Shown here: positions 9,429 to 18,225 of the stretch, one piece after another
Numbering within the stretch: position 1 is the first letter of the stretch
How the letters are laid out: each line of letters opens with the position of its first letter
From: an uncultured delta proteobacterium
Lineage (GTDB): Bacteria > Myxococcota_A > Polyangia > Polyangiales > Polyangiaceae
DNA length: 64,000 nt
Direction of reading: 5' to 3'
NCBI GenBank assembly: GCA_963696385.1
Contig: CAVOKF010000005.1
Coordinates: 576,001-640,000, forward strand
Position numbers and translations under genes: made by a program
Notes under the pieces: model-generated
Told to the model about the DNA's origin: nothing
Seen by the model: only the letters and a program-made list of their open reading frames with translations
Database searches by the model: none

Positions 9429-12400
9429 CTAATGAGGCTCCGAGAGAGTGTGCGCGAGGGCGAGCAACGCCACGACCACGGCGGTCGAGTCCGGCGCCAG
9501 ATCGATCTGGACTCGGATTTGGTCGAGCGCTCTTTCCAGCAGAAAGCAATCGAAGACCACTGCGGCGTGGCTTCGGTCCGGCGGCACGAGGGGCGAACCT
9601 TCCATCCGGTCGAGATAGGCCCGCAAAAACGACGCAGAGACCCATGACGCCCAATGAAACGCCCATGGTTGCGCGGCGTCGACATCGCTGTCGCGCACCC
9701 GCGCCGGGTCCAGAAGCACCTGGATCGCCGCAAACTCCAGCGAACGGGCCATGGACGCAACGTCCCGGAGCGACAAGCGCCTTCGGCGTCGTTCCGTCAG
9801 CGAGACGTCGCGCCTGCCGCCGATGTCGGTTACGATGAAGTCTTTGCCGGTATAGAGCACGTGGCCGAGATGAAGGTCGCCGTGCAGGCGAATGCACAGT
9901 GCGCTCATCGGGGTCTGCAAAAGCGGCTCGAAGCGTGCGAGCATCGCCGCCTCCTGGCCGACCACCGTATCGGCGGCCGCGCGCGCGGCCGGAGAAAGCG
10001 TGGGCATTCGCTCGCGTAGCAGCCGCAGCGTGCGCATGGTCACCGTGCGGAGCCACTGGTAGGTTGCGCGTCGATCGAACGCGGAATACGGTGCAGTCTT
10101 AAATCCGGGTTCGGCCGTCGGCGCGCCCAACGCCTGGTGCAGCGCGGCGATTCGGCGACCGAGTTGGGCCGCGGTTTCTCGGTAGATTCCGATCATCTCG
10201 GAGACCAGGACCGGCGGCTCCAATTGGACGAGCCGAAAGGGGAGATCCGGCCGGGGGCGGGGGCGGGGGCGGCGCGGTAGGGCTCCGTGCGAGCACCCGT
10301 TCGAAGTACCGACCGAGCTCTCGCTGCGTAGATCCCAGCCGTTGTCGACATGGGGCACAAATGCTTGCAAGAGTCCCAACGTGACCGGCTCCGTGCGACC
10401 GCGCTGGAGCTCGAGCACGGCGTGCTGCCTCGGGATGTTGTCTCCGCCGTCCTTTTCGAGATACTGCCCCATCTCGAATTCGGGACTCACACCGTCATCG
10501 AGGCGGCGGAACACGGTCAAGACGAAGCGATCGCCGTACCGGATCTTCGCGCTGGATCGGCCCTGCCCCAGTCTCCAGGAGCCTTCCGCACCCGTCTCGG
10601 ATTCGACCCGCAAATCGCTTGCCGCGGCCGCGGATTGCTCGCTCGCCTTGGCCCAAAGCTCGCCCGTCTGGCCGACCGAGTGGGCTCGATTGAGGATGAA
10701 CGCGAGCAGCGTCCGAGTGGCACTGGGCTCATCGAGAGCGTCGACCAGCAAGCCCCGGACGGGCGTGCCCGCCTCGCCCTTCAGGACGACCGCGGCCAGC
10801 ACCGAGCGCAACGCCGGGGGCTTCTCTCCGGCAACGAACACGACCGGCAGCGCGTACAGCTGCCGTTGTCCGCCGGTCGTCTCCACGCGCGCGAGGAGCA
10901 CGAAAACCGACCCCCCACCCGCATCGAGACGGAAAATGTCGGCTAGGCGCACTGACTTCAGCCGAGGATCGCGAAGGTCCGCCCCAGCGCACCGCTCGAG
11001 ATACGTGCGCAGCATCGGCTCGAGGCGATGCTCCCGCAGAAGAGCCTCCACGCTCGAGCCTTCCACGGCGGCGAGCGGAACGACCGGCCCCGAGTCTCGC
11101 ACCTCACCAGGCCGCTCGAGAGAGAACCAATAGAAATCGTGGGGGCCGAGAGTCACGACGTACGCCGCATCGCCGATCGCGGGAAACGACGTTTCGCCGA
11201 ACAACTCGAACGGCGTGAAACCGCGGTACCGGCCGAGGTCGAGCGCCACGTATTGCGTAAATCGCGATAAGTTCGCGACGACCAGTACGCACTCGCGCTC
11301 GAACACCCGGACGAACGCGAGAACACGCGAGTTCGCGGGGCTCAAGAACTCGGTCGTCCCCCGACCGAACGCGGCGAAGCGTTTCCGCAAGTCGATGATT
11401 CGCTTCGTCCACCAGAGGAGCGACGTGGGGTTCTGCTGCTGGTTTTCCACGTTGAGAGACTCGTAGTGATACTCCGGGTCGATCACGATGGGCAGAATCA
11501 GCTGCTGCGGGTTCGCTCTCGAAAAGCCGGCGTTGCGATCCATGTTCCACTGCATCGGTGTTCGAACGCCGTTACGGTCGCCGAGATAGACGTTGTCGCC
11601 CATTCCGATCTCGTCGCCGTAGTAGAGGACGGGGGTCCCCGGAAGAGAGAAGAGCAGGCCGTTCAAGAGCTCCATTCTCCTGCGACTGTTGCCGACGAGA
11701 GGGGCGAGTCGCCGTCGAATCCCGAGATTGATGCGCATAGCGGCTTGATGCGCATAGGCGCCCACCATGTAATCGCGCTCTTCGTCGGTGACCATTTCCA
11801 GCGTGAGCTCGTCGTGGTTTCGAAGAAACAGCGCCCACTGACACGTGGCGTGCACCTCGGGAGTCTGCGCGAAAATATCGACGATCGGAAGCCGGTCCTC
11901 CTGGTGAATCGCCATGAAGAGCCTCGGCATGAGCGGAAAGTGAAAGTTCATGTGACACTCGTCCCCCGCGCCGAAGTACGAGGCAGCGTCCTCCGGCCAC
12001 TGGTTGGCTTCGGCCAGCAGCATGCGGTTCTCGAAGCGAGAGTCGATGTGCGCGCGCAGATGCTTCAGGAATGCGTGTGTCTTGGGCAGGTTCTCGCAGT
12101 CGGTCCCTTCCTGTTCGTAGAGATAAGGAACGGCGTCGAGACGCAGGCCGTCGACACCCTTGGCCAGCCAAAAGTCGACCACGCCGAGCAGGGCCTCGCG
12201 GACAGCGGGATTCTCGAAATTGAGGTCCGGTTGGTGTGAGTAAAAACGGTGCCAGTAATAGGCCTGCGCTTCGCGGTCCCACGACCAGTTCGACGGCTCG
12301 AAGTCTCGGAAGATGACCCTGGCGGCGGCGTACCGATCAGGCGTCTCGCTCCACACGTAAAAGTCGCGCTCGGGCGAACCGGCCGGGGCGCGCCGCGCGC

Positions 12401-12779
12401 GTTGAAACCAAGGGTGTTGGTCCGAGGTGTGGTTCAGAACCAGTTCGGTAATCACTCGAATCCCGCGCCGGTGGGCCTCCGCGAGAAGAACCTCGAAATC
12501 GGTCAGGGTGCCCATTTCGGGATGCACATCCGTGTAGTCCGAAATGTCGTAGCCGTCGTCACGCCCAGGAGAAGGATAGAAGGGCAGAATCCACAGAGCG
12601 TTGATTCCGAGGTCGCAGAGGTAGTCGAGCTTGCTCGTCAAACCCTTGAAATCGCCGATTCCGTCGTCGTTGCTGTCGAAAAACGAGCGCGTGCGCACCT
12701 CGTAGAAAATCGCGTCCTTGTACCAGGTCGCGCCGTTACCGAGGGCCGCTGGCTCGGAAGGTCTGGAGGGTCCGCACAT
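9429..12779 (-). CDS. treS: Trehalose synthase (maltose alpha-D-glucosyltransferase) fused to a maltokinase-like domain
   Basis: GH13 motifs WYKDAIFYE, LVLNHTSDQHPWF, GLRLDAVPYL, LLAEANQW, FLRNHDELTLEMV; C-terminal HGDLHLG kinase-like motif; paired frameshift near 10238-10332. Confidence 0.95.
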   Translation of the reverse strand: MCGPSRPSEPAALGNGATWYKDAIFYEVRTRSFFDSNDDGIGDFKGLTSKLDYLCDLGINALWILPFYPSPGRDDGYDISDYTDVHPEMGTLTDFEVLLAEAHRRGIRVITELVLNHTSDQHPWFQRARRAPAGSPERDFYVWSETPDRYAAARVIFRDFEPSNWSWDREAQAYYWHRFYSHQPDLNFENPAVREALLGVVDFWLAKGVDGLRLDAVPYLYEQEGTDCENLPKTHAFLKHLRAHIDSRFENRMLLAEANQWPEDAASYFGAGDECHMNFHFPLMPRLFMAIHQEDRLPIVDIFAQTPEVHATCQWALFLRNHDELTLEMVTDEERDYMVGAYAHQAAMRINLGIRRRLAPLVGNSRRRMELLNGLLFSLPGTPVLYYGDEIGMGDNVYLGDRNGVRTPMQWNMDRNAGFSRANPQQLILPIVIDPEYHYESLNVENQQQNPTSLLWWTKRIIDLRKRFAAFGRGTTEFLSPANSRVLAFVRVFERECVLVVANLSRFTQYVALDLGRYRGFTPFELFGETSFPAIGDAAYVVTLGPHDFYWFSLERPGEVRDSGPVVPLAAVEGSSVEALLREHRLEPMLRTYLERCAGADLRDPRLKSVRLADIFRLDAGGGSVFVLLARVETTGGQRQLYALPVVFVAGEKPPALRSVLAAVVLKGEAGTPVRGLLVDALDEPSATRTLLAFILNRAHSVGQTGELWAKASEQSAAAASDLRVESETGAEGSWRLGQGRSSAKIRYGDRFVLTVFRRLDDGVSPEFEMGQYLEKDGGDNIPRQHAVLELQRGRTEPVTLGLLQAFVPHVDNGWDLRSESSVGTSNGCSHGALPRRPRPRPRPDLPFRLVQLEPPVLVSEMIGIYRETAAQLGRRIAALHQALGAPTAEPGFKTAPYSAFDRRATYQWLRTVTMRTLRLLRERMPTLSPAARAAADTVVGQEAAMLARFEPLLQTPMSALCIRLHGDLHLGHVLYTGKDFIVTDIGGRRDVSLTERRRRRLSLRDVASMARSLEFAAIQVLLDPARVRDSDVDAAQPWAFHWASWVSASFLRAYLDRMEGSPLVPPDRSHAAVVFDCFLLERALDQIRVQIDLAPDSTAVVVALLALAHTLSEPH

Positions 12780-12792
12780 CGGTTCGTGCTGG

Positions 12793-12808
12793 TGCGAACC
12801 GCGTGCCG
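12793..12808 (-). promoter_or_regulatory. sigma54-like -24/-12 motif
   Basis: CGGCACGCGGTTCGCA; treS ATG 15 nt after the -12 C. Confidence 0.55.
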
Positions 12809-12854
12809 GCGAGATCCGGCGCCCAACACCCCAACGAGAAGACGAAACGCATCT

Positions 12855-14645
12855 TCAGCCCCGACGTTGTCGGGCGGGGCTCGAGTGCGGCGAGCTCAGG
12901 TTGAGCGCCGTGTTCACGAGAGACACGTGAGAGAAGGCTTGCGGGAAATTGCCGACCAATCGGCCTGAGCGGACGTCGTATTCCTCGGCCAGCAGACCGA
13001 CGTCGTTGCAAAGCCCGATCAGCCGCTCGAACATCGCGCGAGCCTCGTCATGCCGGCCTTGCAGCGACCAGTTGTCGGCAAGCCAAAAGCTGCAGGGCAA
13101 AAACGAGCCTTCGCTTTCGGGTAGACCGTCCACCGAGCGTAGGGGCGCATACCTCCTCACCAGACCTCCGTCGATCAAACGGTTCTCGATCGCCCGCACC
13201 GTTCCCTGCACGCGTCGGTCGGAGGGGGGCAAAAAGCCCACCAGCGGGATCATGAGCAAGCTCGCGTCGACATCTTTGGAGCCGTAGAACTGAACGAACG
13301 AGCCGACCTCGGCGTCATAGCCCTGGCGGCACACGTCGTCATGGATGCGATCACGCACGATCCGCCAGCGTTCGATCGGTCCGCCCCCCCCGACGGCCTC
13401 GACGCGGCGCACGCCTCGATCGAACGCGACCCAGGCCATCACCTTCGAATGAGTGAACTGGCGCGGCGGACCGCGCACCTCCCAGATGCCTTCGTCGGGC
13501 CGATCCCAGCAGCCTTCGAGATACTCGAGCATCTTCCGGCGCAGATCCCATGCGTTCGGCTCGTTGCCGATCCCCCGCCGGTGGCATTGATGCAGGGCGT
13601 CCATGACCTCGCCGTACACGTCGAGTTGTCGTTGCTGAAATGCCGCATTGCCGATGCGCACCGGCGATGAATTCTCGTAGCCGGGCAACCATGAAATCTC
13701 TCGCTCGTCGATTCGACGTCGGCCGTCGATTCCGTACATGATCTGAAGCTTGGACGGGTCACCCGCGACCGCGCGAAGCAGCCATTGCCGCCATTGTCGC
13801 GCTTCCTCGATGAACCCATTGTGCGCCAAGGCGAGCAGCGTGAACGTGGCATCGCGCACCCAGCAGTAGCGGTAGTCCCAGTTTCGGACTCCCCCGATGG
13901 CTTCGGGAAGCGACGTCGTGGGCGCGGCAGCGATCGCTCCGGTAACGGCGTGCGTGAGGGCCTTTAACGTCACGAGCGAGCGCAGCACGATGTCGCGCCA
14001 CTCGCCCTCGAACGTACACTGACCCGACCATCGTCGCCAACCAAGCTCGCATGCGGTGACCGCCTCGCGCGCATCCACGTCGGGTGGCGCACCGAGATGC
14101 GAGGGTTGCCAGCGCAACACGAATGAGAGGCACTGATCGGGACCGACCTCGAAATCGGCCACGGTCGTCATGTTCTCGCCCCGAAGCGGGACGTCGCTCT
14201 GCACGTAGACCGTGTCCGGTCCGGCAACGGCGTACACACCGTCTCCCTGCTTGCGCACCCACGGCACGATCGAGCCGTAGTCGAAGCGCAGGACCAGTTC
14301 GGTGCGCATCGCCACGCGACCGCGTTGGCCGCGCGCGACGCGAACGACCGTCGGAGTATCGGCGCCGAGCACCATGCAATCCGTGACCGTGACCGAGCCC
14401 CCGTCCGTCTCGAACGTCGTGTCCAAGATGAGCGATCCATCTCGGTAACGGCGAGTCGTGCGCCGCACCTTCTCGCAAGGAGCGACGAGCCAGCGACCGT
14501 GCTCCGGGCCTCCCAACAGCGCAGCAAAACACGCGTCCGCGTCGAAACGCGGCAAGCACAGCCAATCGATCGAGCCCTGGCGATCGACCAGCCCAGCGGC
14601 CTGACAATCGCCGATCAGAGCATAGTCCTCGATTCGAGACGGCAC
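12855..14645 (-). CDS. Glycoside hydrolase family 15 (trehalase/glucoamylase-like)
   Basis: IEDYALIGD, AAPTTSLPE..GG.RNWDYRYCWVRD, QLDVYGE, DEGIWEVRG, GNFPQAFSH. Confidence 0.95.
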   Translation of the reverse strand: MPSRIEDYALIGDCQAAGLVDRQGSIDWLCLPRFDADACFAALLGGPEHGRWLVAPCEKVRRTTRRYRDGSLILDTTFETDGGSVTVTDCMVLGADTPTVVRVARGQRGRVAMRTELVLRFDYGSIVPWVRKQGDGVYAVAGPDTVYVQSDVPLRGENMTTVADFEVGPDQCLSFVLRWQPSHLGAPPDVDAREAVTACELGWRRWSGQCTFEGEWRDIVLRSLVTLKALTHAVTGAIAAAPTTSLPEAIGGVRNWDYRYCWVRDATFTLLALAHNGFIEEARQWRQWLLRAVAGDPSKLQIMYGIDGRRRIDEREISWLPGYENSSPVRIGNAAFQQRQLDVYGEVMDALHQCHRRGIGNEPNAWDLRRKMLEYLEGCWDRPDEGIWEVRGPPRQFTHSKVMAWVAFDRGVRRVEAVGGGGPIERWRIVRDRIHDDVCRQGYDAEVGSFVQFYGSKDVDASLLMIPLVGFLPPSDRRVQGTVRAIENRLIDGGLVRRYAPLRSVDGLPESEGSFLPCSFWLADNWSLQGRHDEARAMFERLIGLCNDVGLLAEEYDVRSGRLVGNFPQAFSHVSLVNTALNLSSPHSSPARQRRG

Positions 14646-14657
14646 TGGAATGCGCCA

Positions 14658-14673
14658 AGCAGAAGGTGTACCG
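14658..14673 (-). promoter_or_regulatory. sigma54-like -24/-12 motif
   Basis: CGGTACACCTTCTGCT; GTG start 14 nt after the -12 C. Confidence 0.5.
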
Positions 14674-14798
14674 CGACCGTTCGACCGATCCCCATTCGAG
14701 TCGTGCGCGAAGACCGTGAAACCCTGCGGGCGCCTCGACCGTGGCAGCTTGGCTTCACGTTGTGGCTATTTCGCGCCTGGCCGTCTCGATCGGACTGC

Positions 14799-14814
14799 GG
14801 GCCTCGGGATTGCA
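14799..14814 (+). promoter_or_regulatory. sigma54-like -24/-12 motif
   Basis: GGGCCTCGGGATTGCA, about 30 nt before the ATG at 14844. Confidence 0.5.
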
Positions 14815-14843
14815 AAGCCGAACTTCTTGAACAGGAGGCCGCT

Positions 14844-15131
14844 ATGAACGAACTGGGCTGCATCAGGACTCTTCGCCGCGCTCTATGGACGACGTGTGGG
14901 GCCGGCGTCCTTATCTTTTCGTCGGCGTGCGCCGGAACCGCGAGCATAGACGGCTACGACGGAATGTATGTGGAGGCGGCTCCGCCCGGGATCGAGGCCT
15001 ACCCCCGCTATCCGTTCCGCGATGGCTACATCTACGATGTTCACGGCCGCTGGTATCACCAGCACGGTGGCCGCTGGGTGGCCTACGCCCACCGGCCGCG
15101 CGAAATCGCTCGCGACCACGATCGCCGCTAG
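14844..15131 (+). CDS. Small putative lipoprotein, aromatic/His-rich
   Basis: SD AGGAGG; hydrophobic segment ending SSAC; YPRYP...GRWYHQHGGRWVAY. Confidence 0.75.
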   Translation: MNELGCIRTLRRALWTTCGAGVLIFSSACAGTASIDGYDGMYVEAAPPGIEAYPRYPFRDGYIYDVHGRWYHQHGGRWVAYAHRPREIARDHDRR

Positions 15132-15132
15132 A

Positions 15133-17196
15133 ATGAGCGTCCCTCTCATCGAAGGGGTCTTATCGTCGAGTCCTTCTCGGGTGCTGCAGGAGCTCGCCGG
15201 GACCGACGACCCCACGAGCCCCTTCGTCACGCGCGAGTGGCTGGTCACGAACGGCCTCGGCGGATACGCCTCGGGCACGGTGGCGAATATCGCGACCCGT
15301 CGTTTCCACGCATGGCTCGTGGCCGCGCTTCCGGCGCCACTCGGTCGGACGATGATGCTCGCACATGCAGGCGAGGTCGTCCGTCACGGGGCTGACCTCG
15401 CCGTGCAGCTTGGCGTGCAATCGCTGACCACGACCGGTGGGTCGCCGCTGCCGGTCGCACCTCTCTCGGTTTTCCGCCTCGAGTTCGGTCTCCCCGTGTG
15501 GCGGTACGACGCACTGGGCGCCGTCATCGAGCGTCGCCTCTCGATGCCCCATCAGCAGAATACCGTGCACGTGAGCTACGAACTTCTCACCCAAGGAGAG
15601 GTGCGCCTGGAAATCGAACCCTGGATTCGCTTTCGGCCGCACGGCGGGGCGCTCGATGCGCCGGCCTCCGGTCCCTACGCGCTTACGGTCGTCGACGATC
15701 GGTACGCCGTGTCGGCCGAGGGCTATCCATCATTACGGATGTACATCGACCACGACTCCAACGCATTCACGATCGACAAGAAGCGGGTGCGCGACGTTCA
15801 TTACCATGCGGAGCTCGTTCGCGGCTACGACTCGATGGGCGAGCTCTACAGTCCGGGCTTCTTTCGGTTCACGCTCTCCAAGGGCAAAATGGCAACGTTC
15901 GTGGCGTCGACCGAGACGTGGCAGGTCATTGACGCGTTGCCCCCCGCCCTAGCGCGCACGGCCGAAAGCGAGCGACGGACGCGCTTGCTCGCCGCCGCGT
16001 TGCCGACCCTTCGCGATGGCCTGGGCGCTGACCTCGTCCTCGCCGCCGACCAGTTCGTCATCACGCCCGCCGGACGTGTCGAGGACGCCGCCCGTGTCCA
16101 CGCCAAAGGCGACGAGGTGCGTACGATCATCGCGGGATACCCCTGGTTCACCGATTGGGGACGCGACACGATGATTGGCCTCGAGGGTCTGACGCTCGTC
16201 ACGGGGCGCTCCGCGGAGGCAGGCAACATCTTGCGAACGTTCGCCGATTATGTGCAATGCGGGCTGATCCCGAATCTCTTTCCGGAGCAGGGCAACGACG
16301 GCCTTTATCACACCGCGGACGCGACGCTTTGGTTTTTCCACGCGCTGGACCGCTACCTCGCGTACACCCAGGACCGCGCGACCCTGACCCTCTTATTGCC
16401 CAAATTGATCGACATCATCGAGCGCCACATCGCAGGAACGCGCTACTCCATCCATGTAGATCCGGCGGACGGGCTGCTTTCACAGGGTGCCGAGGGGTAC
16501 GCGCTGACTTGGATGGATGCAAAAGTCGGCGACCTCGTCGTCACTCCCAGGCGCGGCAAGGCTGTCGAAATCAACGCACTGTGGTACAACGCGCTACGCC
16601 TGCTCGTCTCATGGATCGATCAAGAGCGAGGGACGGGCCGTGCCCAGCGCTATGCCGAGCTCGCCGACCAGGCGCAGGCGTCGTTCAATAGGCGTTTTTG
16701 GTACGAGGGACGAGGCTACCTTCGCGATCTGGTGGACGGAGAACACGGCGACGACGAGTCCTTTCGGCCGAACCAAATTCTCGCCGTCGCTCTCCCCCAT
16801 CCCATCCTGGATCCGACGCGCTGGGAACGCGTCGTCTCCGAGGTGCACAGACAGCTATGGACCCCCTTCGGGTTGCGGACGCTCGCCCAGGGCCATCCCG
16901 AGTACCAAGCCAAATACTTCGGTGATCTGCGGGCCCGCGATCTCGCGTACCACCAGGGAACCGTTTGGGCGTGGCTCATCGGGCCGTTCATCGACGCATG
17001 GCTCAGGGTCGGTGGGGACCGCGCGATCGCCCGGGGGATGCTCGAAGGGTTTGCGGCACACCTTACCGAGGCCGGCGTTGGGTCGATTAGCGAGATTTTC
17101 GATGCCGAAGCCCCGTTCTTGCCTCGCGGGTGCATCGCGCAAGCGTGGAGCGTAGCCGAGGTCCTTCGTGGCCTGGTGAAGACAGCGCCTGACTGA
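15133..17196 (+). CDS. Amylo-alpha-1,6-glucosidase (glycogen debranching enzyme, archaeal-type/GH133-like)
   Basis: REWLVTNGLGGYASGT, IAGYPWFTDWGRDTMI, LTWMDAK, GKAVEINALWYNAL, YHQGTVWAWL, GCIAQAWS. Confidence 0.93.
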   Translation: MSVPLIEGVLSSSPSRVLQELAGTDDPTSPFVTREWLVTNGLGGYASGTVANIATRRFHAWLVAALPAPLGRTMMLAHAGEVVRHGADLAVQLGVQSLTTTGGSPLPVAPLSVFRLEFGLPVWRYDALGAVIERRLSMPHQQNTVHVSYELLTQGEVRLEIEPWIRFRPHGGALDAPASGPYALTVVDDRYAVSAEGYPSLRMYIDHDSNAFTIDKKRVRDVHYHAELVRGYDSMGELYSPGFFRFTLSKGKMATFVASTETWQVIDALPPALARTAESERRTRLLAAALPTLRDGLGADLVLAADQFVITPAGRVEDAARVHAKGDEVRTIIAGYPWFTDWGRDTMIGLEGLTLVTGRSAEAGNILRTFADYVQCGLIPNLFPEQGNDGLYHTADATLWFFHALDRYLAYTQDRATLTLLLPKLIDIIERHIAGTRYSIHVDPADGLLSQGAEGYALTWMDAKVGDLVVTPRRGKAVEINALWYNALRLLVSWIDQERGTGRAQRYAELADQAQASFNRRFWYEGRGYLRDLVDGEHGDDESFRPNQILAVALPHPILDPTRWERVVSEVHRQLWTPFGLRTLAQGHPEYQAKYFGDLRARDLAYHQGTVWAWLIGPFIDAWLRVGGDRAIARGMLEGFAAHLTEAGVGSISEIFDAEAPFLPRGCIAQAWSVAEVLRGLVKTAPD

Positions 17197-17361
17197 TCCG
17201 CGGAGGCGGCGTCGCCTCGCGACCCGGCGGGGCAATCGCGGCTCAGCAAGCGGTGTGCACCACAGTGTGTCAGGTGACCACGGATGGGCCCCGACGCGCT
17301 GGGCGACGCGCCCGCGCTTTCCCCGCACTCAAACCCGCGGTCCGCGGCTCTATTCGCGGGA

Positions 17362-17377
17362 TGGATCGAGGATTGCA
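17362..17377 (+). promoter_or_regulatory. sigma54-like -24/-12 motif
   Basis: TGGATCGAGGATTGCA upstream of the ATG at 17406. Confidence 0.55.
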
Positions 17378-17405
17378 AAAAGGCTGCGAACAAGGAGGCA
17401 CTATC

Positions 17406-17894
17406 ATGAAACTTGCAACTGCAACGGGCCTCGCGCTCGTCATTACGATTCTGACCGTTCGATCCCCCGATGCCGCCGCGCAGCCTGTCGCGGCGACTGT
17501 GGATACGACGGCGGAAACGGGGCCGAACACGGCCATGGTCAGCAGCGGCATCGGCATTTTCGCTCTTTCTTACGTGCCCGCCGTCGTGGTCGGCGCCACG
17601 AGCGGCCTCCACACCGATCGAACTCTCTGGGTGCCGCTTGCCGGACCGTGGATCGATCTGGCTCAGCGTCCCAATTGCTCGCCGGCCATTTCGTGCAACT
17701 CGGAAAACACGGCCAAAGTTCTCGTGATCACGGACGGAATATTTCAAGCGATTGGCGCCGTGACCGTCATCGGGGGCTTCCTTTTGCCCGTCCACGAGCG
17801 CGTGGTGCGGACGGCCGATCTTCGACCCACGCTTCGCCTCGGGCCGGCCAAGGTCGCAGGCGGCTACGGAATGGTCGCCCTGGGAACGTTCTGA
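17406..17894 (+). CDS. Hypothetical exported/membrane protein
   Basis: SD AGGAGG, signal peptide ending AAA, LWVPLAGPWIDL motif, C-terminal G-x-F. Confidence 0.8.
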   Translation: MKLATATGLALVITILTVRSPDAAAQPVAATVDTTAETGPNTAMVSSGIGIFALSYVPAVVVGATSGLHTDRTLWVPLAGPWIDLAQRPNCSPAISCNSENTAKVLVITDGIFQAIGAVTVIGGFLLPVHERVVRTADLRPTLRLGPAKVAGGYGMVALGTF

Positions 17895-17931
17895 CCCCGG
17901 CGAAGTAAGAGAGAAAAAGAGGAAGGTGCCC

Positions 17932-18088
17932 ATGCACATTCGCATCGGTTACGAATCGATGGACTCGGGTCTGGACCCATGAAGCCGTCGCAAGGCCTCA
18001 TCGGCAGCCGACCCAACGACGGCCATGGGTTCGCGCGTCGGAACCCGTAACCCGTTCGGGCGCACGCGGTTCGAGCCGGGTCGCCTAG
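17932..18088 (+). pseudogene. Internally deleted remnant of a transglutaminase-like gene
   Basis: MHIRIGYE joined out of frame to RVWTHE...PWVR...GSSRVA*, matching both ends of the 46402-47304 protein (MQIRVGYE ... RVWTDE...PWVR...DSSRVA*). Confidence 0.8.
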
Positions 18089-18225
18089 GCCGAAGGGGCG
18101 GCGGCTGCGCGTTCGCTTCCCGCGCCACGGGTTCCGTGCTCCGTCTACGCCCCGGGAAGGCGGGTCCTGTGGGTGCACGCGGCGAGGTCGGGCCGCGCCC
18201 CTTCCAGCCTTTGGTTCGTTCGGCC

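Noticed and set aside
18025..18225. N-terminal extensions in the ORF track for TreY, and likewise TamA, CysK, ASST, GDE and DUF1003
   Set aside because: They are Arg/Pro/Gly-rich non-homologous sequence. Family motifs, SD sites or signal peptides point to downstream starts.
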